Positions 25,563 to 41,238 of a stretch of 64,000 bases of DNA are shown here, one piece after another (within the stretch, counting starts at the first letter, position 1; the number at the start of each line of letters is the position of its first letter). The stretch is from Eledone cirrhosa (lineage: Eukaryota), in the NCBI GenBank assembly GCA_964016885.1, contig OZ024740.1:217310001-217374000 (forward strand), read 5' to 3'. The notes beneath the pieces are model-generated. The model ran no database searches and was not told the origin of the DNA. It worked only from the letters and a program-made list of their open reading frames with translations. A program made the position numbers and the translations under genes.

Positions 25563-28500
25563 TATATATATAAATGCAAGTTTACCATTCTGTGTGTCCG
25601 CCTAAAATTAGCAATCTACCGGACGAAACTCCTCAAAATGACATGTACATATTCACTATGCACTCGGACAGGAAACGGTCGAAAAAGGTTTATTTTGCAA
25701 AGCATGGAATTCATTTAAAATCAATTTATCTTATTTATCAATGAATATCAAAAGAGATCATCCATTTTGTTTTTTATGTTCTCCAGTCTGTAGATAAGAT
25801 AGTGAGGGATGGGAAGAGAGAGAGTGGCAGATGGAAGAGAGAGTAAGGGGATGAGAGAGAAAGAGAGAGAGAGTGAGTGGATGGGAGAGAGAGAGTAAGG
25901 GGGTGTTAGAGAGAAAGAAAGAGAGTAAGGGATGAGAGAGAGAGAGTGGGAGATGGGCGAGAGAGAGAGAGTAAGAAGATGTGAGAGAGAAAGAAAGAGA
26001 GTAAGGGGATGAGAGAGAAAGACGATGAAAGAGAGAGAGGCAAAGTAATCAGCAAGACCTGGAATCGAAGAAAGCAGTGTCATTTAGTGGAAGGTCATGA
26101 AGTCAAGTCAAGTGATACTATTGGGCGTGTTTACAATGTCCATCCCAACAACAGAGAATGTTTTTATTTACGGCTATTTCTGCATACTGTTCGAGGACCA
26201 ACGTCATTTGAGCATCTTAGGTGCTTCAGAGGAAGGGAGTGCGCAACATACCAAGAAGCATGTACACAGCATGGACTCCTGCATGACAATGGACACTGGA
26301 AGAAGTGCCTAAAAGAAGCAGCAATCACTCAAGTACCCAGCCAAATAAGACAATTATTTGTTATTATGCTCACGGCATGTGGAATTGATGAAGCTCATCT
26401 ACTCTGGCAGGAGTACAAAAACAATATGTCGGACGACTATCTACACCTAGCCCGAAGACATCATGGCAATATGTATGTGGAATATACCCCCAGGATTTAC
26501 AATCAAGCTCTCTGTGACGTGTCCCATCGAGTTCAGGCAATGAATAGCACATTAGCTAACTGCGGGATGCCAGAGCCAGATGAAGAAATAGAGGTAGCAC
26601 AAGACATTTTTCAGGAGACAAACTACGATATCCAAGCATTGCGTAAGTTTGTGGATGAAAATGAACCTCGATTGATGGGTGACCAGAAATACGCCTACCA
26701 CGACGTCATCGAAAACATTCAAAATAACAGGGGAGGACTTTTCATCATCGATGCTCCTGCTGGCACAGGCAAGACATTCCTCATAAACCTCCTGCTTGCA
26801 AAAGTTCGCCAAAAGCAACATATTGCCCTTGTTGTGGCTTCAAGTGGCATTGCAGCAACACTTCTGGGTGGAGGAAGAACTGCACACTCCATGTTTAAGC
26901 TGCCTATAGATCTCACACGGCATGAACAATCTTTTTGCAACATCAAGAAGAACTCACCCAAGGGCAAGCTTCTGCAAACATGCAAGATAATAATTTGGGA
27001 TGAAGCTACGATGAGCCATAAAGGAGCAATTGAAGCTTTGGACCGGACGATAAGGGATCTGAGAGAAAATAGTTGCATAATGGGAGGAGTGACAATGGTT
27101 CTTGCTGGTGATTTCAGACAAACTCTGTCTGTAATTCTTCGAGGGACTCGAGCTGATCAGGTCAATGCCTGTCTGAAAACATCCTATATCTGGCCCCACT
27201 TTCAGCTGCTGAGCCTTACAACCAACATGCGAGTGCACTTAACTGGTGACAAAGGTGTCAGTGAGTTTGCCATCCAACTACTTAAATTGGGAAATGGACT
27301 TCTTGAAAAGGACTCCAATGACCATATTCAGTTGTCATTTGGCCATATCCTTGACACAGAACAAGAACTGATTGCCAGAGTGTTTCCAAACATTAAGACC
27401 AGGCAATGTGATCCGAAATGGCTCTGTCAACGAGCACTCTTAGCACCTAAAACTGTTGCTGTGAAAGAAATCAACAGAAGGCTGCTGGAGATGTTACCAG
27501 GAGAGAAAATATGTTACAAATCAGTTGACACAATCACTTCTCAAGACCATGTTGTAAACTATCCAACTGAATTTTTGAATAGTCTTGAACAAGCAGGAAT
27601 TCCTCCACACAACCTGATACTGAGGCTTGGAGCATCGGTTATGCTACTTCGCAATCTGGATCCTCCAAAACTTTGTAATGGCACAAGACTCATCATCAAA
27701 AATATGATGTCCAATGTTCTAGAATTTGCAATCATATCAGGAAAATTTGCTGGTGACAATTGTTTCATTCCCAGAATACCTCTGAAGCCAGCTGATTTGC
27801 CATTTGAATTTCAAAGACTTCAATTTCCGATCAGGTTCAGTTTTGCCATGACCATTAATAAATCTCAAGGGCAATCATTGAAAGTCGTTGGGTTGAATCT
27901 GGCAGATCCTGTCTTTTCGCATGGTCAACTCTATGTTGGCACAGCAAGGGTTGGGAACCCTGATTGTCTCCTCATTGTGGCACAACAGGGCAAAATCAAG
28001 TATGTTGTTTATCCAGAGGATTTGGAATGAGCAATGTCCTAATTCCTCATTCAATGACAATACACACAGATTCTAATTCCTTAGTCATGTAGTTTGCAAG
28101 GAATTCTGAAGCTGCAAATTTACTGCATGTTGTCGCTTTGGAAGAATATGTAGGCATTCCCAATTACCTCTGCTATATAAAGTAGTATAAGTACGGACTT
28201 TGTTGGTTAGAAATAGCAGCCAAATTTCCTTAAATCCCACCTTACTTTCTCAGGTATGTATAAATGTATGAAGCAGATCTACTAGAAATATTAGCAAAAT
28301 CCATTTCAAATCACAAACAACTGTCTTACACACATACATGTGTGTGTATCTATGTATGTCGTGTGAGACTCTATACCTGTTGGTATAGCTAATAGAAATA
28401 GAAAATAAATCTCCCTCAAACAAGATCCTACTGCCAAAGAGGCAAATATTGGTGAAAGCTACAGTGTACAAATTTAAATACACTTTCCCAGAATTAGAGA

Positions 28501-28956
28501 AATGAGTAAGTAAATGCTTCATTCAATCATAAACCAACTCTAAATTTATTTTCTTATTTAATTTATGGTTTTTAAAATAGTCTTTACATGTTTGAATTTC
28601 AGAGGTTCAGATTGAGCAAAAAAAAAAGAAAGAAAATAATAAATAAAAAAAATCTAAATGTATTTTTTTGGTCATGCCCTTTTCACTGACAACATACCTA
28701 ATGATTCATCTATGAGTAAAGCATTATATATGCTGACTGTAATAGGGAGCAGTATTAAAAAGAATCACCACTGGAAAAAATTAATATTTTTATCTAAATG
28801 ATTTACTTTGACCAAACGGCAATAAATATTCTGCTATAATTCCTACTTTGGCTAAAATTCAGCAATCATATTTAAATGGTCAAATATTTTGTAATGTGTG
28901 CCAAATATATTGTAACTTTCATAAAATACCCGGGTATGACCGGGTAGCTCAGCTAG
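25563..28956 (+). mobile_element. Helitron copy 1 (internally deleted)
   Basis: 5' end TATATATATAAATGCAAGTT; 3' hairpin TACCCGGGTATGACCGGGTA followed by CTAG at 28953-28956; PIF1 helicase ORF. Confidence 0.9.
26009..28030 (+). CDS. Helitron PIF1-type helicase (C-terminal part of RepHel; N-terminus from the deletion junction)
   Basis: Walker A DAPAGTGKTF, IIWDEATM, GDFRQ, LTTNMR, LCNGTRL, FAMTINKSQGQS, FSHGQLYV. Confidence 0.85.
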   Translation: MREKDDERERGKVISKTWNRRKQCHLVEGHEVKSSDTIGRVYNVHPNNRECFYLRLFLHTVRGPTSFEHLRCFRGRECATYQEACTQHGLLHDNGHWKKCLKEAAITQVPSQIRQLFVIMLTACGIDEAHLLWQEYKNNMSDDYLHLARRHHGNMYVEYTPRIYNQALCDVSHRVQAMNSTLANCGMPEPDEEIEVAQDIFQETNYDIQALRKFVDENEPRLMGDQKYAYHDVIENIQNNRGGLFIIDAPAGTGKTFLINLLLAKVRQKQHIALVVASSGIAATLLGGGRTAHSMFKLPIDLTRHEQSFCNIKKNSPKGKLLQTCKIIIWDEATMSHKGAIEALDRTIRDLRENSCIMGGVTMVLAGDFRQTLSVILRGTRADQVNACLKTSYIWPHFQLLSLTTNMRVHLTGDKGVSEFAIQLLKLGNGLLEKDSNDHIQLSFGHILDTEQELIARVFPNIKTRQCDPKWLCQRALLAPKTVAVKEINRRLLEMLPGEKICYKSVDTITSQDHVVNYPTEFLNSLEQAGIPPHNLILRLGASVMLLRNLDPPKLCNGTRLIIKNMMSNVLEFAIISGKFAGDNCFIPRIPLKPADLPFEFQRLQFPIRFSFAMTINKSQGQSLKVVGLNLADPVFSHGQLYVGTARVGNPDCLLIVAQQGKIKYVVYPEDLE

Positions 28957-29744
28957 TATATATATAAATGCAAGTTTACGATTCTGTGTGTCCGCCTAAA
29001 ACTAGCAAACTACTGGACCAAACTCCTCAAAATTACATGTACATATTCACTATACACTCGGACAGGTAACGGTCGAAAAAGTGTTACTTTGCAAAGCAAG
29101 GAATTCATTTAAATTCAATTTATCTTATTTTCTAATGAATATCAAAAGAGATCATCCATTTTGTTTTTTTAAGTTCCCCAGTCTGTAGATAAGAGAGTGA
29201 GGGATGGGAGAGAGAGAGAGTAAGGGATGAAAGAGAAAGAGAGATAGTGGCAGATGGGAGAGAAAGTAAGGGGATAAGAGAGAAAGAGAGTGTGTGAGTG
29301 GATGGGAGAGAGAGAGTAAGGGGATGTGAGAGAGAAAGAAAGAGAGTAAGGGATAAGAGAGAGAGTGGGAGATGGGAGAGAAAGAATAAGGGGATGTGAG
29401 AGAGAAAGAAAGAGAGTAAGGGGATGAGAGAGAAAGACGATGAAAGAGAGAGAGGGAAAGTAACCAGCGTTGTTAACTTTTATTTATTTATTATTTTTAC
29501 ACACTTTTTAACTCTCCCGCTTCCTTAACGTTATTTATCTTTTCTTTATTTTTTGTTCTCTATTCCGTAGAGAGGGGGGGGGGAGAAAAAGAGAGAGAGA
29601 GAGAGTAATGGGATGGGAGAGAGAGAGAGAGAGGGAAATTAGCAAGCGTTCATTAACTTTTATTTATTTATTATTTTTACACATTTCTTAACTCTCCCAA
29701 TGTTATTTATCTTTTATTTATTTTTTGTTTGCTATTGTGTAGAG

Positions 29745-31396
29745 CAGGGGTCACCAAACGTTTTTCACACTGGGCCGGAGAACTGAAAGAATGACGAGCG
29801 CGGGCCGCATAATCATTCTGTTCAATACTTGCAAGCCAGAACGAAAGCTTTGGGAAAAAAGACGAAACACTACGTTTAGCATTCCATGTTAATCATGGGC
29901 GAGTGGCGTGCAATGCGCAAAAAACAAAGACAACCAACATATTTATTTACTAAAAAGTTATCAAAGAAGGCGACGTAGCAAAAATATAATAATTTGATGA
30001 TTCTGTAGAGATCACAGACGAGGTTATCCTTTCCCTGAAGTTTCAAGTTCAGTTCATTCATGTGGGATGTGATGTCGACCAAAAATGACAACTTTGACAG
30101 CCAGATAGGATCTGACAGCTGTGGATCAGCTCTATCTTTTTCAGTGAGGAAAACATCTATTTCGTTTCGGAGCTTGTAAAAACAAAACAGGGCTTTACCG
30201 CAGCTGAGCCACCTCACTGCTGTGTGATAAGGCAAGTCACAGAAATCAGAATCAATTTCTTCAAGAAAAGCCTGGAACTGACGGTGATTGAGTGCATGTC
30301 CCCGAATGAAGTTCACAGCAGAAACGACTGGTTTCAGTACACAAGAAATATCCAAGTCTTTCCCACAGAGTGCTTGCTGATGTATGATGCAGTGTATGAA
30401 CAGAGCGCCCGGAATTTGCAAATCTTCCAACTGAGTCCTGATCTGCCCGACCAGACTCTTCCTCACTCCATCCATGTTCTTTCCTCCATCAACTGTAACA
30501 CCTCGAAGCTGATTCCACTGAAGGTTATAGTCTTGCAAAGTTTTCTGCACTTCCATGAAAATGTCTTTTCCAGTTGTTGTTCCATGCATGCAGCAAACGG
30601 ATGTTCAACTCTTCCGTTATCTGAAAGTCCAAATTGACACCACGAATGAACACGAGAAGTCGTGACGTACTCGAGAGATCAGTAGACTCACCCAGCGTCA
30701 GAGAATACCACAACAAGTTCCTAGCTTTCTCGCGTATCTATAGCACTATGTTCTCTCCAAGTTCTTCTGTTCGCCGCACAACTGAACTTGCCGAAACGCT
30801 GATACTTCCAAACAAATCGGCTTTCTCAGGACACAAGTCATTTGCTGATTCCATCATACACTCTTTGATGAAGTTGCCATCAGTAAACGGTTTTCCTCGC
30901 TCTGCCAACTTATGCACTATTTTATAACTTGTACGAGTGGCAGATTCATTTTCAGCAAACTTTCTCGTGAAGAGATTTCTTTGAGTTTCTAAACCACGTT
31001 TCATGGACTCATATTTCTCAGAGCGTAACCTTCCAGAAAACTTTGTATATGTTGATAGATGTTTTGCTTCATAGTGACGCCGAAGATTGTACTCTTTCAA
31101 AACGGCAACACTTTCGCTGCATACCACGCAACTAGCTTTCTGGTCCTTTGTTTCCACAAAGAAGTACTTTACTCCCCATTCTTCATTGAAAACGCGACAC
31201 TCGGCGTCCACTTTTCCTTTCTTAGTAGCCATAATAAAGGGTGAAGAAAACGGGATCTGAAAATGAAAAAGACATTGAATTAGAAACATCTCGTGTTCCA
31301 TCCGTTTTATCACGCAAATGCAAGTACCGTCGGCAACCTGATGAACTGACGTCGCAGGCCTGATCCGGCCCGCGGGCCATAGTTTAGTGACCCCTG
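29745..31396 (-). mobile_element. hAT (Buster/Charlie/SPIN-like, GTF2IRD2-type) DNA transposon, internally deleted
   Basis: TIRs CAGGGGTCACCAAAC / GTTTAGTGACCCCTG; 8-bp TSD GTGTAGAG (29737-29744 and 31397-31404); BED finger CVVC...LRRHYEAKH, HCIIHQQAL, AVRWLS. Confidence 0.93.
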
Positions 31397-31981
31397 GTGT
31401 AGAGGATGAGAGAGAGAAAGAAAGAGAGGAGATGAGAAAGAGAAAGGGCGTGAAGCGGATGGGGAGAGAAAGACAATAAGAAAAGAGAAAAGATGGGAGA
31501 GCCAAAAAAGTAAAGAGGCAGGAGAAAGGGAGGGTGATTGGAGGGATTATTTATCTAACGTGTGTCTGCGTTTATATATATATTTACACACACTTATGTG
31601 ATATGGGGGGGGGGGGGGGCGTTCTTTAGCAGACGTTATATGTTACCATCAAAGATTATTTTCTACGTACGTCTAAAGAAATCAGATGCTTTTATAGATT
31701 TATATATGTATGTATTTAACAGACGAAAAAAAAAAACGGTATTTTTAAAAGATATTATTTGAATATATTATTTTCCGCTGTTATTTGAATTAACACAGAA
31801 AATATTTTTTTTGTAGTGTTTGTCGTTTTTTTTTTGGATACAATCTGAAATCCCAATATTTTCTACATATGTCTAAAATAAATTACACCTAATATACATT
31901 CATATAAAGAGATCATTTAAAACAACTTTACTGAGTTGTTTCTATTTCGGAAAGAGTGTGGTGTGTAATAATATCACTTCA

Positions 31982-34900
31982 AATGCCTAGAAAACGTTCC
32001 AGATCATTATATGGAAGGTCATCTTCAGAGGCTAAGAGAAAGAAAACACAGCGATCTGAAGAAAGTGAAGAAGTTCAGCATGCCCGTCTAGCTGCTAACA
32101 GAGCCCAAACAGCGTTAGCACGAGCACACCATTTGGGAACAAAGGACTGCTGTTACACGAGAACAACAAATTAAGGAACAGCAGCAAATCAGACGAAATG
32201 CTAATCAAGAACATCGTTTCTACTGCCTGAGCAGGAGAACAAGCCACAAGTAAAATGAACTGGCTGATGGGTGCTTTTTCTTATGACCCTCAAAAGGACT
32301 ACAGCAGTAATCCACAAATCAACATTGGCAAAATGAACAAATGCTGCCAGTATTGTGTTGCCAAGAAGTGGGCAGCAGAAACACCAAGTCTATGGTGCTC
32401 AAAAGGCAAAGTGAGCCTTAAAACAATACAAGAACCTCCTGAATTTCTGAAGAATCTGCTCCTTCAGGATACACCAGAAGCACGACACTTCAATAAATAC
32501 ATCATAAAATATAATTCTGCCTTTCAAATGACATCTTTTGGGGCTGACAGGAATGTTATTGACTTTAGATTCTGTACAGTATTACCACTTAATGGGTGGC
32601 GTTCTGCCTCTTTTACAGGAGTCTCACAAATTTGTGCAGGTTTACTTCATGGGTGGAAATGAAACAAAGGCACAACAAAGATGTACCAATACCCATGGTG
32701 GATTGCAGTTCTACATAGTCATAATGTTACAAGAAATGCTTCACTAACATCATAAGTACGTCAGTGTATTTAAATATGCACTGGAACATATGAACAACAT
32801 CAGAGATCTTAAAATCATCATTAGGGCAGATAAACACCCAGACTCAGAACATGAACGCAGATTCAATGCACCTGTCACTGATGAAGTTGCAATCATAATG
32901 GTTGATGAACAGTATGGACGACGTCACATTGTTTTACACAAACAAAGTGGACATTTGGAGCGAATTTGTGAAACTCATAGAGCCTATGATTCACTCCAAT
33001 ATCCGCTCATCTTTTGGAATGGTCAAGATGGATATCATTTTCGGCTACGGCAGATCAGCCCAGGAACGGGACAAGAAGCTGGCCGATCAATCAACTGCAA
33101 ATAATTCTATGCTTATCATTTCATGGTACGTGATCACTTCAACCAAGTTCTGCGATTCAAAGAAGTAACCAGCCAGTTCATGGTGGACATGTATGCCAAA
33201 ATTGAAACAGAAAGATTGGGTTTTCTGGGAAGGATTCAACTAAGTTGAGGGCAGATAACTACATTCACCTTAGAGATGCCATCAATTCTGATGTTGACCC
33301 AAGAAATATTGGCCAGCCAGTCATACTAGATCTCTTCATTACATTTACATGCAATTCAAACTGGTCAGAAATATCAAATGAATTTTTTGAAAATCAAAAA
33401 CCAAAGGATCGACATAACCTTATTGCTCGGGTTTTCCATGAAAAGCAAAAACAACTCATCCTTCTCCTAAAAGAAGGAAGAATCTTTGGTGAGCTTAGTG
33501 CTTGGATGACCACGTTTGAGTGGCAAAAGAGAGGTCTTCCTCACTCTCACACACTAATCTGGTGCAAGGAGAAGATAAGACCAGATGATGTTGATAAGAT
33601 CATTTCAGCAGAGTTTCCTGATAAAGGTGGTGATCCAGAGCTCTTTGAAACCATCAAGTCCAAACTCATTCATGGTCTATGTGGAGTCATCAATCCAGCC
33701 TCTCCCTGCATGAAAGATAAAAAATGCAGCAGACATTATCCTAGAGCTTTTATTCGGGAAACTCGTCGTACACAACAAAGTGTTGTGTAAACTTTTAAAA
33801 GCTCATATCATATTGCAGCTCCGTCAAGGCAATCCTATATGTCACAAAATTATCAACAAGGGCAGTGATATGGCTACCTTTATTACTGACAAAGAACTCA
33901 ATGATGGTTGGCTGAATGAGGTCAAACGGTATGAAACATGTCGATACATCTCCAGCAATGAAGCTATCTGGCGAATCTTTGGATTTGATATCCACAAACG
34001 CCACCCAACAGTGGACACCCTCGCAGTCCACCTGGAAAATGGACAGAGAGTGTACTTCACTAAGATCACTGCTCATCAGTTGACACAAGCATCACATTAC
34101 ACTACACTAACTGCTTTCTTTAAACTCTGCCAGAATGATGTATTTGTTCGATCCCTCCTATATCCTGAAGTCCCAACATACTACACCGGGACCAATTGCA
34201 AGACCTGGAATCGAAGAAAGCAGGGTCATGAAGTCAAGTCAAGTGATGCTATTGGGCCTGTTTACAATGTCCATTCCAACAACAGAGAATGTTTTTATTT
34301 ACGGCTACTTCTGCATACTGTTCGAGGACCAACGTCATTTGAGGATCTTAGATGCTTCAGAGGAAGGGAGTGTGCAACATACCAAGAAGCATGTACACAG
34401 CATGGACTCCTGCATGACAATGGAAACTGGAAGAAGTGCCTAGAAGAAGCAGCAATCACTCAAGTAGCCAGCCAAATAAGACAATTATTTGCTATTATGC
34501 TCACCGCATGTGGAATTGATGAAGCTCATCTACTCTGGCAGGAGTACAAAAACAATATGTCGGACGACTATCTACACCTAGCCCGAAGACATCATGGCAA
34601 TATGTATATGGAATATACCCAGGATTTACAATCAAGCTCTCTGTGACGTGTCCCATCGAGTTCAGGCAATGAATATCACATTAGCTAACTGCGGGATGCC
34701 AGAGCCAGATGAAGAAATAGAGGTAGCACAAGACATTTTTCAGGAGACAAACTACAATATTCAAGCATTGCGTAAGTTTGTGGATTGATGGGTGATCAGA
34801 AATACGCCTACCACAACATCATCGAAAACATTCAAAATGACAGAGGAGGACATTTCTTCATCGATGCTCCTGCTGGCACAGGTAAGACATTCCTCATAAA

Positions 34901-35839
34901 CCTCCTGCTTGCAAAGGTTCGCTAAAAGCAACATATTGCCCTTGCTGCGGCTTCAAGTGGCATTGCAGCAACACTTCTGTATGGAGGAAGAACTATCTCT
35001 GGCCCCGCTTTCAGCTGCTGAGCCTTACAACCAACATGCGAGTGCACTTAACTGGTGACAAAGGTGTCAGTGAGTTTGCCATCCAACTACTTAAATTAGG
35101 AAATGGACTGCTTGAAAAGGACTCCAATGACCATATTCAGTTGTCATTAGGCCATATCATTGACACAGAACAAGAACTGATTGCCAGAGTGTTTCCAAAC
35201 ATTCAGACCAGGCAATGTGATCCGAAATGGCTCTGTGAACGAGCAATCTTGGCACCTAAAAATGTTACTCTGAAAGAAATCAACAGAAGGCTGCTGGAGA
35301 TGTTACTGGGAGAGAAAATAAGTTACAAATCAGTTGACACAATCACTTCTCAAGACCATGTTGTAAACTATCCAACTGAATTTTTGAACAGTCTTGAACA
35401 AGCGGGAATTCCTCCACACAACCTGATACTGAGGCTTGGAGCATCGGTTATGCTACTTCGCAATCTGGATCCTCCAAAACTTTGTAATGGCACAAGACTC
35501 ATCATCAAAAATATGATGTCCAATGTTCTAGAAGTTGCAATCATGTCAGGAAAATTTGCTGGTGAAAATTGTTTTATTCCAAGAATACCTCTGAAGCCAA
35601 CTGATTTGCCATTTGAATTTCAAAGACTTCAATTTCCGATCAGGCTCAGTTTTGCCATGACCATTAATAAATCTCAAGGGCAATCATTGAAAGTCGTTGG
35701 GTTGAATCTGGCAGATCCTGTCTTTTCACATGGTCAACTCTATGTTGGCACAACAAGGGTTGGGAACCTTGATTGTCTCTTTATTGTGGCACCACAGGGC
35801 AAAACCAAGAATGTTGTTTATCCAGAGGCTTTGGAATGA
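31982..35839 (+). pseudogene. Helitron RepHel, fragmented
   Basis: Successive ORF pieces with Helitron motifs (CxxCxAKKW, YNSAFQMTS, RRFNAP, YDSLQYPL, LFITFTCN, HUH motif, PIF1), broken by stops and deletions. Confidence 0.88.
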
Positions 35840-36814
35840 GCAATGTCGTAATTCCTCATTCAATGACAATACACACACATCCTAATTTCTTAGTCATGTA
35901 GTTTGCAAGGAATTCTGAAGCCGCAAATTTACTGCATGGTGTTACTTTGAAAGAATGTGCAGGCAGTCCCGGGTACCTCTGCTATATAAAGTAGTATAAG
36001 TAAAGACTTTGTTGGGTAGAAATAGCAGCCAAATTTCCTTCAAATTCCACCTTACTTTCTCAGCTATGTATATATGTATGAAGTAAAAAGGAATGGTCCT
36101 ATGTGATAACTTGATCTACTAGAAATATTAGCAAAATCCATTTCAAATCACAAACAACTGTCTTACACTCATCCATGTGTGTGTATGTATCTATGTATGT
36201 CGTGTGAGCCACTATACCTGTTGGTATAGCTAATAGAAATAGAAAACAAATCTCCCTCAAACAAGATCCTACTGCCATAGAGACTAAGATTGGTGAAAGC
36301 TACAGTGTACAAATTTAAATACACTTTCCCCGAATTACAGAAATGTGTAAGTAAATGCTTCATTCAATCATAAACCAATGCTAAATTTATTTTCTTATTT
36401 TATTTATGGTTTTTAAAATAGTCTTTACATGTTGTTTGAATTTCAGAGGTTCAGATTGAGCAAAAAAATAAAAAAAGAAAGAAAGAAAAGGACAAAGAAA
36501 AAAAATCTAGATATATTTTTTTGGTCATACTCTGACAACATACCTAATGATTCATCTATGAGTAAAGCATTATATATGCTGACTGTAATAGGGAGCAGTA
36601 TTTAAAAAAATCACCACTGGAAAAAACTAATATTTTTATCGAGATGATTTACTTTGACCAAACGACAATAAATATTCTGCTATAATTCCTACTTTGGCTA
36701 AAATTCAGCAATCATATTTGAATGGTCAAATATTTTGTAATGTGTGCCAAATATACTGTAATTTTCATAAAATACCCAGGTATCACCGGGTAGTTCAGCG
36801 AGTATATATATATA

Positions 36815-37742
<928 letters not shown>

Positions 37743-37822
37743 TATATATGTATATATATGTATTTATATATTAAAAAATAAGTTGACAGTTACAATCTTT
37801 ACTTAATTCTTAATTGTGTTGT

Positions 37823-37870
<48 letters not shown>

Positions 37871-38055
37871 GATTAATCTACCAAGAATTTACGGTAGTGT
37901 CCAATCCGTATGAAGAACTCAATGTATTCCGGATATCATGGAAAGAAGAAATGTAATGAAAAATCACTTTCGGTGAAAGATAAACGGTATACAGAGTCAA
38001 GATAAAATATTAAACAAATAATGAATAAACAATTCCTTATATTAAACAAAAAAAG

Positions 38056-38209
38056 TTCATTATTTAACGATCGTTTCTAGGATATATATGTGTTAGAGTT
38101 GGCATGCATATTCAACAGATCTATGTACAAAATTATACAAAATTATACAAACTATCAAGATTAAATATACATACCAACACATATATACGCCGTCTTCAGA
38201 AATAATGAA
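38056..38209 (-). ncRNA. Hammerhead ribozyme with long stem II (left arm)
   Basis: Mirror copy of 42749-42902. Confidence 0.7.
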
Positions 38210-38858
38210 ATATATTTATTGATAATAACAACAATTCAAACTTTCAGGTCCGTTTGGGAACAAAATTGACCAATGAAAATACAAAAGGTTTAATGCCGTT
38301 CGGTGTGTGTATATACATGTAATAACCCTTACACATATTTTACAAAAATGTATGCACAACCTGTATACTCATACAAAAAGGATGGATGCAAATACAAAAT
38401 TTCAAGGTTAATGTCTCTGTAAGTTTATAATGCACAGATAAGATGCGTATAGATACATAAATATGAAATAAGTGTATACACATATTTTCATACTAACACA
38501 TATCCGTACAATCACACATACACGCGCGTATATGCATAAACATACACATAAACTACAAACATACAAACACACACACACACCACCACTCACATATATATAT
38601 GTGGATATAAAATCCTAAGCACATGGATATTAATTCACTCACATAAACACTGGCACACACATTTAGATAAAGATACAGAAATTAGGTGGGAGGGGGGGGG
38701 AGAGGTCAGTATTCAACGGTTTGGGCTGCCTGCTTAATATAGATGTATCTATAAACTAAGAAAATAAAAAATAATAATAAATAATAAATAAACATTAAAA
38801 AGGAAAGAAAAGAAAAAGAAAAAAGAAAAAAGAAAAAAGAAAAAAGAAATATATCAAG

Positions 38859-38895
<37 letters not shown>

Positions 38896-39105
38896 ACATA
38901 TATATATTTATATATATATACATACATATATACACACATACACATACATACACGCACACACACACATATACATATACACATGCACATATACAAACACATA
39001 CATACATATACACACATCCACACATAGAACATAACATACACACACATATATAAACATATACATATACACACATAGATACAAATACACACATACATATAAA
39101 TACAC

Positions 39106-39167
<62 letters not shown>

Positions 39168-39481
39168 TCATACATACGCATATAATCACACATACTATAT
39201 AGACACACATATATATACACACATACATACACATATACCTACACTTACATACATATATACATACAGATGTACACATACATACCTATATATACACACAAAT
39301 ACATACAGACATATATACATACATACAGACAAATACTTACGCATCTATATATCGGTATATACATACAAACACCACTACACTCTCACACAACTCAGACATA
39401 CAAAGAAAAAGGTATATACCCATACACATATACATATACAAATAGAGAAACATATACATATATATATATATATATATACAC

Positions 39482-39514
<33 letters not shown>

Positions 39515-39701
39515 CATACATATACATATACACATACACACATACACATACAAACACATACATACATGTACACACACATAGATATATATACACACACACA
39601 TACACACATACACATACATATATAGTCATACACACACATACACCTACACGAACATACACATACACATATACAAAGATATATATACACACACACACACACA
39701 T

Positions 39702-39782
<81 letters not shown>

Positions 39783-40119
39783 CATACATACACATACATA
39801 CACACATACATAGACATATATGTACATACATACATATACATAGATACATACACATACATACATACATATATATATATACACACATAGACATATACATACA
39901 TACACACACAACATACATACACACATATATACTCATACATAGAATTAGATATATAAACATACATACATACGCACTTACATATACTCATATATACCAATAC
40001 AAACGCATCCATATATGCGTATATACATAGAAACACCACTACACCCTCACCCAACTCAGATATACAAAGAAAAAGGCATATACATATACATATATACACG
40101 CATTAATAGAGATATATAT

Positions 40120-40159
<40 letters not shown>

Positions 40160-40394
40160 ACACACATACACTTATATACATATACCCACACACACATACA
40201 ACCATAAATACACATACAAACACCCACATATATAAATATATATATACACATATATATACACATATATATATATATATACACACACATAAAAAACAGACAT
40301 GCACACATATATATTTTTTTACACATATATATACATATATATATACATATACACACCCTCACATATGCACATACACATAAGTTATATTATAATA

Positions 40395-40437
<43 letters not shown>

Positions 40438-40511
40438 AGTATATGTATGTGTATATATGTATGTATATATATCTATGTGTGTTTATATGTCTATATTCAT
40501 ATGTGTGTGTG

Positions 40512-40561
<50 letters not shown>

Positions 40562-41181
40562 TGTATGTGTATATATATATATATTATTTATTATTATAAT
40601 ATAACTTATGTGTATGTGTATATGTGAGGGTGTGTATATGTATATATATGTGTATATATATGTGTAAAAAAATATATATGTGTGCATGTCTGTTTTTTAT
40701 GTGTGTGTATATATATATATATATGTGTATATATTTATATATGTGGGTGTTTGTATGTGTATTTATGGTTGTATGTGTGTGTGGGTATATGTATATAAGT
40801 GTATGTGTGTACACACATATATATATATATATATATATATGTGTATATATATCTCTATTAATGCGTGTATATATGTATATGTATATGCCTTTTTCTTTGT
40901 ATATCTGAGTTGGGTGAGGGTGTAGTGGTGTTTCTATGTATATACGCATATATGGATGCGTTTGTATTGGTATATATGAGTATATGTAAGTGCGTATGTA
41001 TGTATGTTTATATATCTAATTCTATGTATGAGTATATATGTGTGTATGTATGTTGTGTGTGTATGTATGTATATGTCTATGTGTGTATATATATATATGT
41101 ATGTATGTATGTGTATGTATCTATGTATATGTATGTATGTACATATATGTCTATGTATGTGTGTATGTATGTGTATGTATG

Positions 41182-41238
<57 letters not shown>

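Larger units (their letters stand above)
28957..36802 (+). mobile_element. Helitron copy 2 (near full length, RepHel pseudogenised)
   Basis: Same 5' terminus directly after copy 1. Rep HUH motif EWQKRGLPHSH, helicase fragments, 3' hairpin and CGAG at 36799-36802. Confidence 0.9.
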
